A stretch of DNA of 32,700 nt, taken from a virus (Duplodnaviria; Caudoviricetes). The DNA is taken from positions 1 through 32,700 of the IMG/VR virus record IMGVR_UViG_3300018024_000018. One strand, given 5' to 3'. Positions 24,616-32,700 of this stretch are shown here, piece by piece (the stretch's first letter is position 1; every line of letters begins with the position of its first letter). The notes under the pieces are model-generated. The model was not told the origin of the DNA. It ran no database searches and worked only from the letters and a program-made list of their open reading frames with translations. The position numbers were made by a program, and so were the translations under genes.

Positions 24616-24866
24616 CACGACACCTTTATGATCTTGCGAGAAACGATCCATCCCTTGGGGATACTGATGCGACTGTTCGTTTCTATTTTATCATCACGAT
24701 CAAAACCCCAAACACCAGCGATCGTGATAAACTCTTCTGTCTCTTTCGTGACAATGCCGATAGCCACACAATCCTGAGGATGGTCGGCTTCCCCTATTTT
24801 CTCCCAACCGTTGCTGGCGACAACATCCTGCCACTCAATGTAGATGATCTCCGGTTGCTTGCTCAT
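24615..24866 (-). CDS. conserved small phage protein (W-D...W...S/A-G...IP---I family)
   Basis: IYIEWQD----GW, C-AIG-V, ITIA, IPKGWI; GAGGTG SD. Confidence 0.8.
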   Translation of the reverse strand: MSKQPEIIYIEWQDVVASNGWEKIGEADHPQDCVAIGIVTKETEEFITIAGVWGFDRDDKIETNSRISIPKGWIVSRKIIKVS

Positions 24867-24869
24867 GGC

Positions 24870-26111
24870 TCACCTCGTTCGTGGTGGTTGACCAACTTCC
24901 CCATGTTTGGACCATCGCTGCCCAGCATCATAATAGCCCCGATTGAAGTAGCGCACCATCCCAGGATTGAAGCCGATAATCGCTCCGGTGCGGGGGTCCT
25001 GCTCCAGACGGATATCAGGCAGGCCACCGAGATGGGATTCCAGGCTTTTCTTACGCATGAACGGAGTCTGATCCTGGCAACATCCCGTCTGACCATACCA
25101 GACGTTCCGGATGTTGCCGGCGTCCAACTTGTGATAATGGCCAAAAAAGACAACGCTTGGTTTCTCTCCTCCTTCATAAGACTCGATGATCTTCTGGGGT
25201 CGGTAAGAAATGGCATAAGCTGATCCACCACCAGGATGAACTACCGCCAGGAAGTGACTCTCGCCGCTATTCGCATTCAACAGTCGGACATGCGATTCCA
25301 TGTAGCCAAGGGAAGTCCAATTATGACCTGCCTCGCGCATGGTTTTTTCGCAATACCAGCCGATGTCGACGCCTTCGCGTGACTCGTACCAGCCCTCGTG
25401 GTCGTCGCCGGTGACGGCGTAGATCGGCAGCTTGGTCTTTGGATGACGCTCTGCCAGCATTTTGCACTGGGCGTTGAGACCAACGGCTTCCAGGTCGTAC
25501 TTGTTGAAGCTGGCTTCGCCATCAATCCAATTGCCGGTGTCGAAGATCGCCTGTGCTCCAGCCGCTTCGCAACGTCGGATCAGGTCTTCACGCACATCCC
25601 AACGAGAATATTTCGATCCTGCATGAAGATCGCCCATGGCTCCGAAGCAGAAAGTATTGTCCGGCCGAGAGGTGATCGTGATGGCTGGACCGCCGGTGTA
25701 AGCAGCAGGAGGTGGGGTGCGAGTAGAGAGATAAATAAGATCATCGAGGCCACCAGATTCAATCTTTACACCACGATCTTTGAGTTCACCAATTGCGTAC
25801 AAAACATCTTCGGGTTTTGCATCTAATGCTTCAGCAAGTTTATAACTTGTTCGTTTTACTCCCTTGAGCAATAACCCATGAATGGCCTCACGAAGATTTT
25901 CTGGTGTGCGAGGTGGAGGTGTTGGTTCAGATTTGTCATACATTCCGGTACTGATGATGAAAATGCGATTTTGCACCGTAGATCGACGTAAGCCCATTTC
26001 TTTCGCAATTCGACTTGTATTATATGAGCCATCCACTCTCCTATGTCTGGACATAGCTTCACGAGTACGGGCAACTTCTGCTGCCGTAAGCTTTTTACCA
26101 GCTTCAATCAT
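24870..26111 (-). CDS. calcineurin-like metallophosphoesterase with N-terminal HTH domains
   Basis: SRIAKEMGLRRSTVQNR HTH, second wHTH-like segment, GDLH, GNWIDG, GDDHE, VHPGGG, GHYH. Confidence 0.88.
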   Translation of the reverse strand: MIEAGKKLTAAEVARTREAMSRHRRVDGSYNTSRIAKEMGLRRSTVQNRIFIISTGMYDKSEPTPPPRTPENLREAIHGLLLKGVKRTSYKLAEALDAKPEDVLYAIGELKDRGVKIESGGLDDLIYLSTRTPPPAAYTGGPAITITSRPDNTFCFGAMGDLHAGSKYSRWDVREDLIRRCEAAGAQAIFDTGNWIDGEASFNKYDLEAVGLNAQCKMLAERHPKTKLPIYAVTGDDHEGWYESREGVDIGWYCEKTMREAGHNWTSLGYMESHVRLLNANSGESHFLAVVHPGGGSAYAISYRPQKIIESYEGGEKPSVVFFGHYHKLDAGNIRNVWYGQTGCCQDQTPFMRKKSLESHLGGLPDIRLEQDPRTGAIIGFNPGMVRYFNRGYYDAGQRWSKHGEVGQPPRTR

Positions 26112-26126
26112 GACAATTCCTTAGGG

Positions 26127-27413
26127 TTACGCCGCTTTCTTTGCCGGCGGTTTCGACTCAGTCTTCTTCGACTCAGTCTTCTTCGGCGCGGCTGATTTCG
26201 AACTGCCCCTCTGCGCTACTTGCGGCATAGGCATTGGCATGGGCTGCATAGCTCCAGGAGGCGGCATTCCACCACCAGCCATACCCATACCAGGCGCGCC
26301 CCCACCACCGCCCATAGCCATCAGCGCCGCCAGGATGTGAGGCGTCAGGCTACCACGCCCATCACCTCCCGATACATCCGGAGAGCCTGCGGCAAACATC
26401 GGCAAGCCGGTATTCCAACGATCCTGAACATCGGAGCCAGGGTCTGGCACGCTCTTGGTGCCGCCGGCAAGACCTAGCACGATACCGCCCTCGGCAAAAG
26501 AAGCCGGCGAGGAATACATCGGTCCAGGCTGCGGAACTTGGCTCCGATCACGCACATCACCCATGTTGGGTTTCTGCTTGGACACTTGCGTGGTGCCCTT
26601 GGCGTAACCGGTTTGACTTCCACCTACGTCCTCAGTGCCGGCGGCGAACTCTTGGGGCTTCTGGATCAGTCTGGCACGCAGGTCCTGATTTTGCCCAACA
26701 GGTTTTCCCCAGTTTCCGGTAGTCTGCATTTGGCCGGGACCAGGACCAGCTGGCGCAGGAGCGGCGATTGGAACAGGCGGACCCCAGTCGGTCCTTTGAA
26801 CGTTCTTAGTGCCGAATTGATAGCCTGGCGCGCCGCTCGGATTGGCGGAACCCGGCGATCCCTGACCCATGTCAGGTTGAGGAGCCGACTGACCGCTAAT
26901 TCCAGAAGCATCCAGGTTCATCTTGTGTGCGCCGATCGCATTAAGGAGTGCGATGGTGTCACGGCCGAGATGCTCCGCCGCTGCTTTATTAAGCACGGCT
27001 TCACCAGGGGCGAGCATGGCCGGCTGGGTGTCAGTCTTGCCGTCTCCCTTGCCGGGAACCCTGTTCTTACCGGTCTTGTCGTTTTCCGCGCCGACCATGG
27101 ACGTGCCTTTCTTGAGGCCGAGACCGCTGGTGTCAACAAACTGATCCCCGACGCCTAGTTCCCGTTCTCTGTAGGGAAGCAGGCCGCGACTCTCTTCCGC
27201 TTGTGCGCCATAGAGACCGCCTCGCGCCGCCGCTTCTCGCGCACGCGCTTCTGCCTCCATGGGCTCGGCCTTGGTCAATGCGCCATAATAGCCGGATCGC
27301 GCCGCTGCTTCTTGCGCCGCTGCTTGGGCTGTCGTCTGCGCCGCTTGAGCATGTTGACCAAGAATCTGATATTTGGTAGCCATCAGGCCAGGCATTCCAG
27401 CAAGTGCCATCAA
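26127..27413 (-). CDS. putative internal virion/DNA ejection protein, low complexity
   Basis: A/G/P/Q-rich; VPG-GDG-TD--PAML-PGE-VL motif; repeated F/Y-x-x-G-T-x-x-V; late-operon position. Confidence 0.7.
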   Translation of the reverse strand: MMALAGMPGLMATKYQILGQHAQAAQTTAQAAAQEAAARSGYYGALTKAEPMEAEARAREAAARGGLYGAQAEESRGLLPYRERELGVGDQFVDTSGLGLKKGTSMVGAENDKTGKNRVPGKGDGKTDTQPAMLAPGEAVLNKAAAEHLGRDTIALLNAIGAHKMNLDASGISGQSAPQPDMGQGSPGSANPSGAPGYQFGTKNVQRTDWGPPVPIAAPAPAGPGPGQMQTTGNWGKPVGQNQDLRARLIQKPQEFAAGTEDVGGSQTGYAKGTTQVSKQKPNMGDVRDRSQVPQPGPMYSSPASFAEGGIVLGLAGGTKSVPDPGSDVQDRWNTGLPMFAAGSPDVSGGDGRGSLTPHILAALMAMGGGGGAPGMGMAGGGMPPPGAMQPMPMPMPQVAQRGSSKSAAPKKTESKKTESKPPAKKAA

Positions 27414-27421
27414 AGTTCTCC

Positions 27422-29275
27422 TTACGCAGTCTCTTGTGTAATATCCTCGTTAGTCGCTTGATAGGAATTCGCCACGCTCTGGCTCAATGAAGAAGACCAC
27501 GAAGAGGTGGTCGCCCAATGAATAGCGCCAAGCGCCGCCGAACCTAACTGAGCCATGACCTGTGCTCCTGCCCTTGCCGCCTCAACAACCAACCCCTCGG
27601 CAGCGATATAAAGCTTGCCGTTGGCTTCAGCCGCGGCGACGCCAATCTGGGCGATCTGCGTCTGCTCGTTTATGACGGCTTGCCACTGGGCGGTGACCGT
27701 TCCATTGTACGAGCTGATCGCGTTGGTCGCCGATCGGTAGACATCCGCTTCGGCAGTATTATATAGACTCGCTGCCTGCGCTTGTCCAACCATTCCTTGA
27801 ATGGCGGCTTTATAGCCATCAAGCTGCGCCTGGTAAGCCCTGACCTGCCCATCAAACTGCGCAATGAGCGCATTAGCCTCAGCCACTCCAGCATTCACTT
27901 CCGCCGCGTAAGCATCGACCGAAATCTTATAGGCATTCTCGATCACCACCTGAGTTTCAACCGTGGCCTTATAAGCTTCCACCGTTGCGGTGTAGGCGTT
28001 GATCTGACCGACAAACGCCTGAATTTGTGCAGCGAAAGCGTCAATCTTGATCTTCTCGATCTCGGCCTCGATCTGGATCGTCTGCACCTCAGTCTTGTAA
28101 ATCTCGACGATCAAGCTGGCGGCGCGGACTTGGGATTCATACTGCGCGATAAGCGCGGTGTTGATCTGCGCCTTGGTTTGTTCGAATCTGATTTCCGCAT
28201 TAAGCAGCTCGACCTGCGCCTGGATACCCTTGATCTGCGTATCGTAGACCATAGCCATGGTGCGATAGCCTTCTAGCGACGCCTCGTAAGACTTAATCTG
28301 AGCGTTGTAGATGGCGACCGACGCCTCGGTGACATACCTGGCCGACTCGAAAGCACGTTGCGCAATGTTGTTCGCGTAGTCGATAAGCTTACCTTCCAGC
28401 TGAGTGGCGTCCTCACGCGCCTTGATGATATTGGCCAGCATGGTCTCAGCCTGCTTGATCATGATCTCGCGCGACAGGCCGGCGATGGCATTGCTCGTCT
28501 CAGTGGCGATCTTGATGCGCGCATCGGTATAGACGCCGGGCGGGAAAGCGAAGCCCATAGCCTCCATGCGCTCCAGATCGGCGAGGGCGTCAGCCTGCTG
28601 GCGGTACTCCCGTTCGCGAGCGCGGTCCCAGAGAGCCGTCTCAACCGGTCCGGGCAGACCAATATTAGTGCCGTTGGTAATGGCGTCATTGAGATCATTT
28701 TCCAGAGAGGTCAGCAACGTAGATGTGAACGTCGCGCCCTCGATATAACGCTGGATGTTAGGCGCGACGGCCGTCAACGTAGGCACTGAGACATTGAATG
28801 TCGGAATGTTTAACGGACTGAACTGAATGGTGTCCAGGGTGAGGAGTGTTGGCGGCGTCGGCAATGTGATGTCGATCGTGGGATAGGTGAAATTCAGGTC
28901 GATCGCTGGCGACTGCGGCGGAGGGGTGGAGAACGGTGTCGGCGCAGTCGGGAAGACCAGCGAAGGAGCCTGGCCAGTAAATGGTCCAGGCAGCACGCCT
29001 TGAACATTCAGAGAGCCCTCAAACGGCGCGGGCTCGGCCGGCACCTGCCAGGTGACATCGATTAGGTCAGGTTCCGCGGCAGTAAGTGGAGCAGGTGCGG
29101 CGGCAAGCACAGGGAAATTGGGTTGGACAACCGGCGCAGTAAATTTGATTCCCTCTAGCTCAGCGACAAACTCTTCCGTTTGATTGACCAGATTTTGGGA
29201 CAACGTGAACATCGCGTTCGCGTCACCCCAGACGTTGGGCTGGCTGTAGTTTATGCCGAAAGGTGCGAGACTCAT
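27422..29275 (-). CDS. putative virion structural protein with a Pro-rich N-terminus and long coiled coil
   Basis: P-rich first third; recurring Y-x-A-x3-A-Y-x-A pattern; AGGAG SD. Confidence 0.75.
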   Translation of the reverse strand: MSLAPFGINYSQPNVWGDANAMFTLSQNLVNQTEEFVAELEGIKFTAPVVQPNFPVLAAAPAPLTAAEPDLIDVTWQVPAEPAPFEGSLNVQGVLPGPFTGQAPSLVFPTAPTPFSTPPPQSPAIDLNFTYPTIDITLPTPPTLLTLDTIQFSPLNIPTFNVSVPTLTAVAPNIQRYIEGATFTSTLLTSLENDLNDAITNGTNIGLPGPVETALWDRAREREYRQQADALADLERMEAMGFAFPPGVYTDARIKIATETSNAIAGLSREIMIKQAETMLANIIKAREDATQLEGKLIDYANNIAQRAFESARYVTEASVAIYNAQIKSYEASLEGYRTMAMVYDTQIKGIQAQVELLNAEIRFEQTKAQINTALIAQYESQVRAASLIVEIYKTEVQTIQIEAEIEKIKIDAFAAQIQAFVGQINAYTATVEAYKATVETQVVIENAYKISVDAYAAEVNAGVAEANALIAQFDGQVRAYQAQLDGYKAAIQGMVGQAQAASLYNTAEADVYRSATNAISSYNGTVTAQWQAVINEQTQIAQIGVAAAEANGKLYIAAEGLVVEAARAGAQVMAQLGSAALGAIHWATTSSWSSSLSQSVANSYQATNEDITQETA

Positions 29276-29329
29276 GAGCTGATCTCCTAGTGCGCTGGTA
29301 GGTTACACGGAATTCTCAGATGATGCAAA

Positions 29330-31084
29330 TCATCCGCCCTGCCAATCCCCAAATCCCCAGACTCCATTCGAAACCGTAAATGTGCGGTATTTGAATTTGT
29401 TGATGGATTTACCCTGTGAAGCCTCAGGTATCGGCGGTAATGAAGGGGGCGGATCATTTACAATCATAGATGCATAGTTAGTGAGCGCAGTTAGCAGAGT
29501 CGCCATATCAGTATGAAATCCTGGTTGAGCGGCAACCATATCATCATGAACTGCGGCATTGACAGGATTGTTGGCGGTGATGGTGATAAGTTCCGCAGTA
29601 AGCAAGTTAATTGAATCCATAGCTGCGGTATAACCAGTCACATTCACCTCAGTAATTGCTTCTTCTAACGTAACTAATGCGGCCAGGAAAGTTGTACCTG
29701 CTACAATACCTTGAGATTGTAAACCAAAAGCCCATAAGGTCCAGCCGGTACTCTGTTCAGTACCAATGTCTGTATAATATGCACTCTCTGCGGTTCTTAA
29801 TGCGCTTATAATAGGAGCTTCCGTCAATATCCAAGCATTATACTCTATCTGCCATGCAGCCACAGCGGCAGTGTAGCTCGTAGGAAATGCAGGATTAACT
29901 CCATTTGGATCATAATCATTCGCCGGTCCATAACCTAGAGTGGCGGGAGGATCGGGACTAGCCGCCTGCTTTTTAATAGACATTGGTGTAAGATCGAAAC
30001 CTAGAGAAGAATAATTATTACCACCGCCAGGGTCTGCACCAGACAAGAAACATAACGGCCGATCATTTATAAGGATCATCCCTCCTTTAGGCGCGGCCTT
30101 AGTCCACGAAACTCGTACAGGACGCGCCGACCCACGATCGTAAAATTCAGCGGTTAAGTAATTGGCAGGTTCTTCGTAGGATGCCGGCAATTGATTGATT
30201 TCTTCAACACTGACATTATTGAAACCTGCAATATTAAGCGGGCTATTAAGTGTTGAGAAAAACTGAATGCCTTTGATAATCTGTGGCTCAGCATAATTAT
30301 TATCCCATTGGGCAGCTCCATAACACCACTCAGTAGGGTTCAATTGATTATTCCAGTCAAAAATGAAATATCCTGGCAAGTCTTTATGAGCCGGAACTGC
30401 ACCGCCATATGCATTAGTGTAAGAAGGAATATCCGTCCGTGCCGGCGCGATCTTATTAGTTAGACCCGCCCCAGGTTTTTTAGCGGAAAGACCATTTATA
30501 TCGATATTGGCAAGAGGATTATTGTCATCTTCCAACGAATGACAGCGCAGAGCAGTAGGTCCGAACAGCACAAGATATGCTTTAGTCCATTCAGTAATAC
30601 TACTGTCGAATTGAATATTCTCGAAGATTAAGTAACCATTCATATATAAATTGTAAATGGCATTTAGAGGCGGTCGCTGATCGCCCACATAAGGTCCGGG
30701 GAACCAGGAAATATACCCGTCAAAATTCAACTCAATTTGATTCTGAACTCCTTTAAATCCTTCCGGCCGGACGATGAACTTCATGATCTCCTGACCATTG
30801 TCCATTGAGTAATCCAGGTCCAAGCCGCGCATCTCCATATGTCTTTGATGAGAGTGCACACTGCCAGCGCTATAGTTCCGACGCTGTGTCTGGACAAACT
30901 GAGAGATGTCGGCGCTGTAGGCTTGCATGATCTGGTCGGCGACATTTTCCACTGCGCCGACATTCTGCTCATACCAGGATGAGGAAGCGGAGACAGTTCG
31001 CTGAAATACTGGCGGCGACTGCATCGAGGGAAGCTGGTCGTCGCCCGGCTCGCGCGTGAAAAGAAGAGGCGGCCACCAGGACAT
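29330..31084 (-). CDS. putative virion/tail protein with a variable AT-rich body
   Basis: 584-aa ORF in the structural operon; AAGGGGG SD. Confidence 0.7.
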   Translation of the reverse strand: MSWWPPLLFTREPGDDQLPSMQSPPVFQRTVSASSSWYEQNVGAVENVADQIMQAYSADISQFVQTQRRNYSAGSVHSHQRHMEMRGLDLDYSMDNGQEIMKFIVRPEGFKGVQNQIELNFDGYISWFPGPYVGDQRPPLNAIYNLYMNGYLIFENIQFDSSITEWTKAYLVLFGPTALRCHSLEDDNNPLANIDINGLSAKKPGAGLTNKIAPARTDIPSYTNAYGGAVPAHKDLPGYFIFDWNNQLNPTEWCYGAAQWDNNYAEPQIIKGIQFFSTLNSPLNIAGFNNVSVEEINQLPASYEEPANYLTAEFYDRGSARPVRVSWTKAAPKGGMILINDRPLCFLSGADPGGGNNYSSLGFDLTPMSIKKQAASPDPPATLGYGPANDYDPNGVNPAFPTSYTAAVAAWQIEYNAWILTEAPIISALRTAESAYYTDIGTEQSTGWTLWAFGLQSQGIVAGTTFLAALVTLEEAITEVNVTGYTAAMDSINLLTAELITITANNPVNAAVHDDMVAAQPGFHTDMATLLTALTNYASMIVNDPPPSLPPIPEASQGKSINKFKYRTFTVSNGVWGFGDWQGG

Positions 31085-31099
31085 TATATCCCCCTTATA

Positions 31100-32230
31100 T
31101 CAAACTCGCCGAATGCTGGTGATTGGCACAAACTCCACGCTTTCCAGATCGAAATTCTCACCTGGTGCGATCAATTCCCAGGCAAAGTAGCGGGCGCGCA
31201 GCCCCTTGCCCATGTTGATCTTCGTTGTCTGCATGTTCTGCGGTCGGAAGGCATAGATGTATTCTCGTCCATCGCCGGCATATAGCTTGAGAATGAAGTC
31301 ACCTTTCGGATGAAACCGCGTGCCACTAGCGTCTTTGACGCGGATACCTAAGTAAGCCCCTTTGAAGCTAGTGAAGCGCGAGCCGGCAAGCTGCATCAGA
31401 CCGCTCTTCATTTTCGTTATGATGGACTGGGTATCATCAAGCTCGCCGTCTAGTACCCAAAGACCCTGAGCATTGGCTCCGAGAAACCGCATGCCCATCT
31501 TAGCGAAGCTGTTGAAATTGTAATTACGGTACTCTGTGACGGCGCTAGTGCGGGTATTAACCACCCAGGTTGTGATGTTGCCGCTGGGCGAGACGTAAGT
31601 AGCGGTGAGACAGATGTTGTCGACCAGCGCCTCACCTTTGAAAATCATCTGCGGTGTGATGATGTCGGTCATGACGGCCAGCTCGGTCCCGCTCAGCGCA
31701 TAGACCATCCAGTCGACCATGGCATCAGTGATGGCGAGCGTGTCCGCTGGATTAACGACTCCTTGATATTGACGTGAAATGCTGTCGGTAAGGGCGAAAT
31801 TCTCGACGACGAATTTACCCCAGAACCACAGAAGATTATCATCAGTCAGCAACGCCTCGGCGATCGTCTGACTGTAGACGGCTGCGGCGTTGGGCACATC
31901 CTGAAGAAGAAACTGTTCGACGAGCGTGACGCCCTGCACGACTAGCAGAAGGTCGGTCGTCAAGATGCTGTCGGTCAGCGTCGCTCGAAGCGCCTTGTAG
32001 ACGGCGTCCGTCAGAATCACCGTATCCGATAGGAACGGCTTGGTGATGAACTTTGCAAGCAGTGTGTCCTCGGCGCTCAGGAACTCGCTGATCAGCGCGC
32101 CAGCATTGTACTGAAAGTTATTGAAATCAGTGAGCGTGACGATGTCGCCAAGCCCCGAGATTAGGGCGTAAGTGGCGACATCGCTCATTACGGCGCTTTC
32201 AACGTCGCTGTTGTCCGTGTAGACAGTCAC
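31100..32230 (-). CDS. putative tail/virion protein with acidic beta-type repeats
   Basis: GTG start with GGAG SD; about 11 D/E-x5-D repeats then a basic C-terminal domain (G-G-RARYF-W-L). Confidence 0.75.
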   Translation of the reverse strand: MTVYTDNSDVESAVMSDVATYALISGLGDIVTLTDFNNFQYNAGALISEFLSAEDTLLAKFITKPFLSDTVILTDAVYKALRATLTDSILTTDLLLVVQGVTLVEQFLLQDVPNAAAVYSQTIAEALLTDDNLLWFWGKFVVENFALTDSISRQYQGVVNPADTLAITDAMVDWMVYALSGTELAVMTDIITPQMIFKGEALVDNICLTATYVSPSGNITTWVVNTRTSAVTEYRNYNFNSFAKMGMRFLGANAQGLWVLDGELDDTQSIITKMKSGLMQLAGSRFTSFKGAYLGIRVKDASGTRFHPKGDFILKLYAGDGREYIYAFRPQNMQTTKINMGKGLRARYFAWELIAPGENFDLESVEFVPITSIRRV

Positions 32231-32242
32231 GACTCACTCCGA

Positions 32243-32698
32243 TCAGCCAGAAGCGCCAACCGTGTATGTCACCAGAAGCTGGTCGGCCGCGACCACAGTC
32301 TTTGGCGTGCCGAAAGCCGCTTCGGAGAACAGCGTGCCGCTAGTGCCAGCAATCGTCGAACTGGAGACCAGCGCCGCACCATACACCGTAACGTCGGCAT
32401 TGAAGGTGAAGACCGCCGGGTTGGCCGAGTTGGTAATTGACTGACTGGCGGCTCCGCCTTGCTGCCATGCCGGCCGGGTGGCCGAGGTGTAGGACGAGCA
32501 TTCCGTCGCATTGGCTGCCCAGTTGGCCGCGGTGTCGGTGAGCGACGGCGCGTAGTTGCCCTGGAAGATGCCCATGAACCAGTTGGCGATCTGCGTCACG
32601 CCAGCCAGTTCAACACCCAAGAGGTGGGTAAGTCCCTGATTGACGATCAGGTTGTGACAGTCTTCCTCGTCGAGGATTCTCCACTTGTCCCAGCCTTT
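32243..32698 (-). CDS. phage tail-associated protein, 5' end beyond the window
   Basis: The frame stays open upstream of the track's start (...EEDCHNLIVNQGLTHLLGVEL...); N-IVNQG, FTF, G-L-S-A-F, D-L-VTY tail motifs. Confidence 0.8.
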   Translation of the reverse strand, partial: KGWDKWRILDEEDCHNLIVNQGLTHLLGVELAGVTQIANWFMGIFQGNYAPSLTDTAANWAANATECSSYTSATRPAWQQGGAASQSITNSANPAVFTFNADVTVYGAALVSSSTIAGTSGTLFSEAAFGTPKTVVAADQLLVTYTVGASG

Positions 32699-32700
32699 GA

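Noticed and set aside
1-32700. tRNA, rRNA, integrase/att site, IS element or alternative genetic code
   Set aside because: No cloverleaf, rRNA, recombinase or transposase motif was recognised. TAA, TAG and TGA all end genes normally.

Overview
A gene-dense segment of a tailed dsDNA bacteriophage genome. The host is probably an alphaproteobacterium: there is a CTTGAC-N17-CTATAT promoter, GCTAGAAC -10 elements and a perfect CtrA box. Layout: (1) 1-1246, small leftward genes. (2) 1247-1690, a divergent control region. (3) 1692-12641, a rightward early/accessory region with a zinc-finger protein, HTH proteins, duplicated membrane micro-genes, a pentapeptide-repeat gene, an AAA+ ATPase / HEXXH-VWA / DUF3150-like module, an HNH endonuclease and two ParB-like proteins. 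(4) 12638-24229, a replication module with a divergent family A DNA polymerase, a degenerate DEDDh exonuclease, a DfrB-like SH3 protein, Cas4-like and VRR-NUC nucleases, a frameshifted SNF2 helicase, an SSB-like protein and a primase-DUF927 helicase. (5) 24226-32700, the distal end of a leftward late operon with virion proteins, a metallophosphoesterase and a DUF1937-like gene. The most notable signals are three copies of the palindrome TTTGCGA-N7-TCGCAAA, a 39-bp promoter-like cassette that also sits in frame inside the polymerase gene, an HNH gene that appears to have replaced the 3' end of the VWA gene, and an exonuclease with three catalytic residues changed. No tRNA, rRNA, CRISPR array, integrase or reverse transcriptase was seen. 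All family calls come from motif recognition by eye, not database searches.
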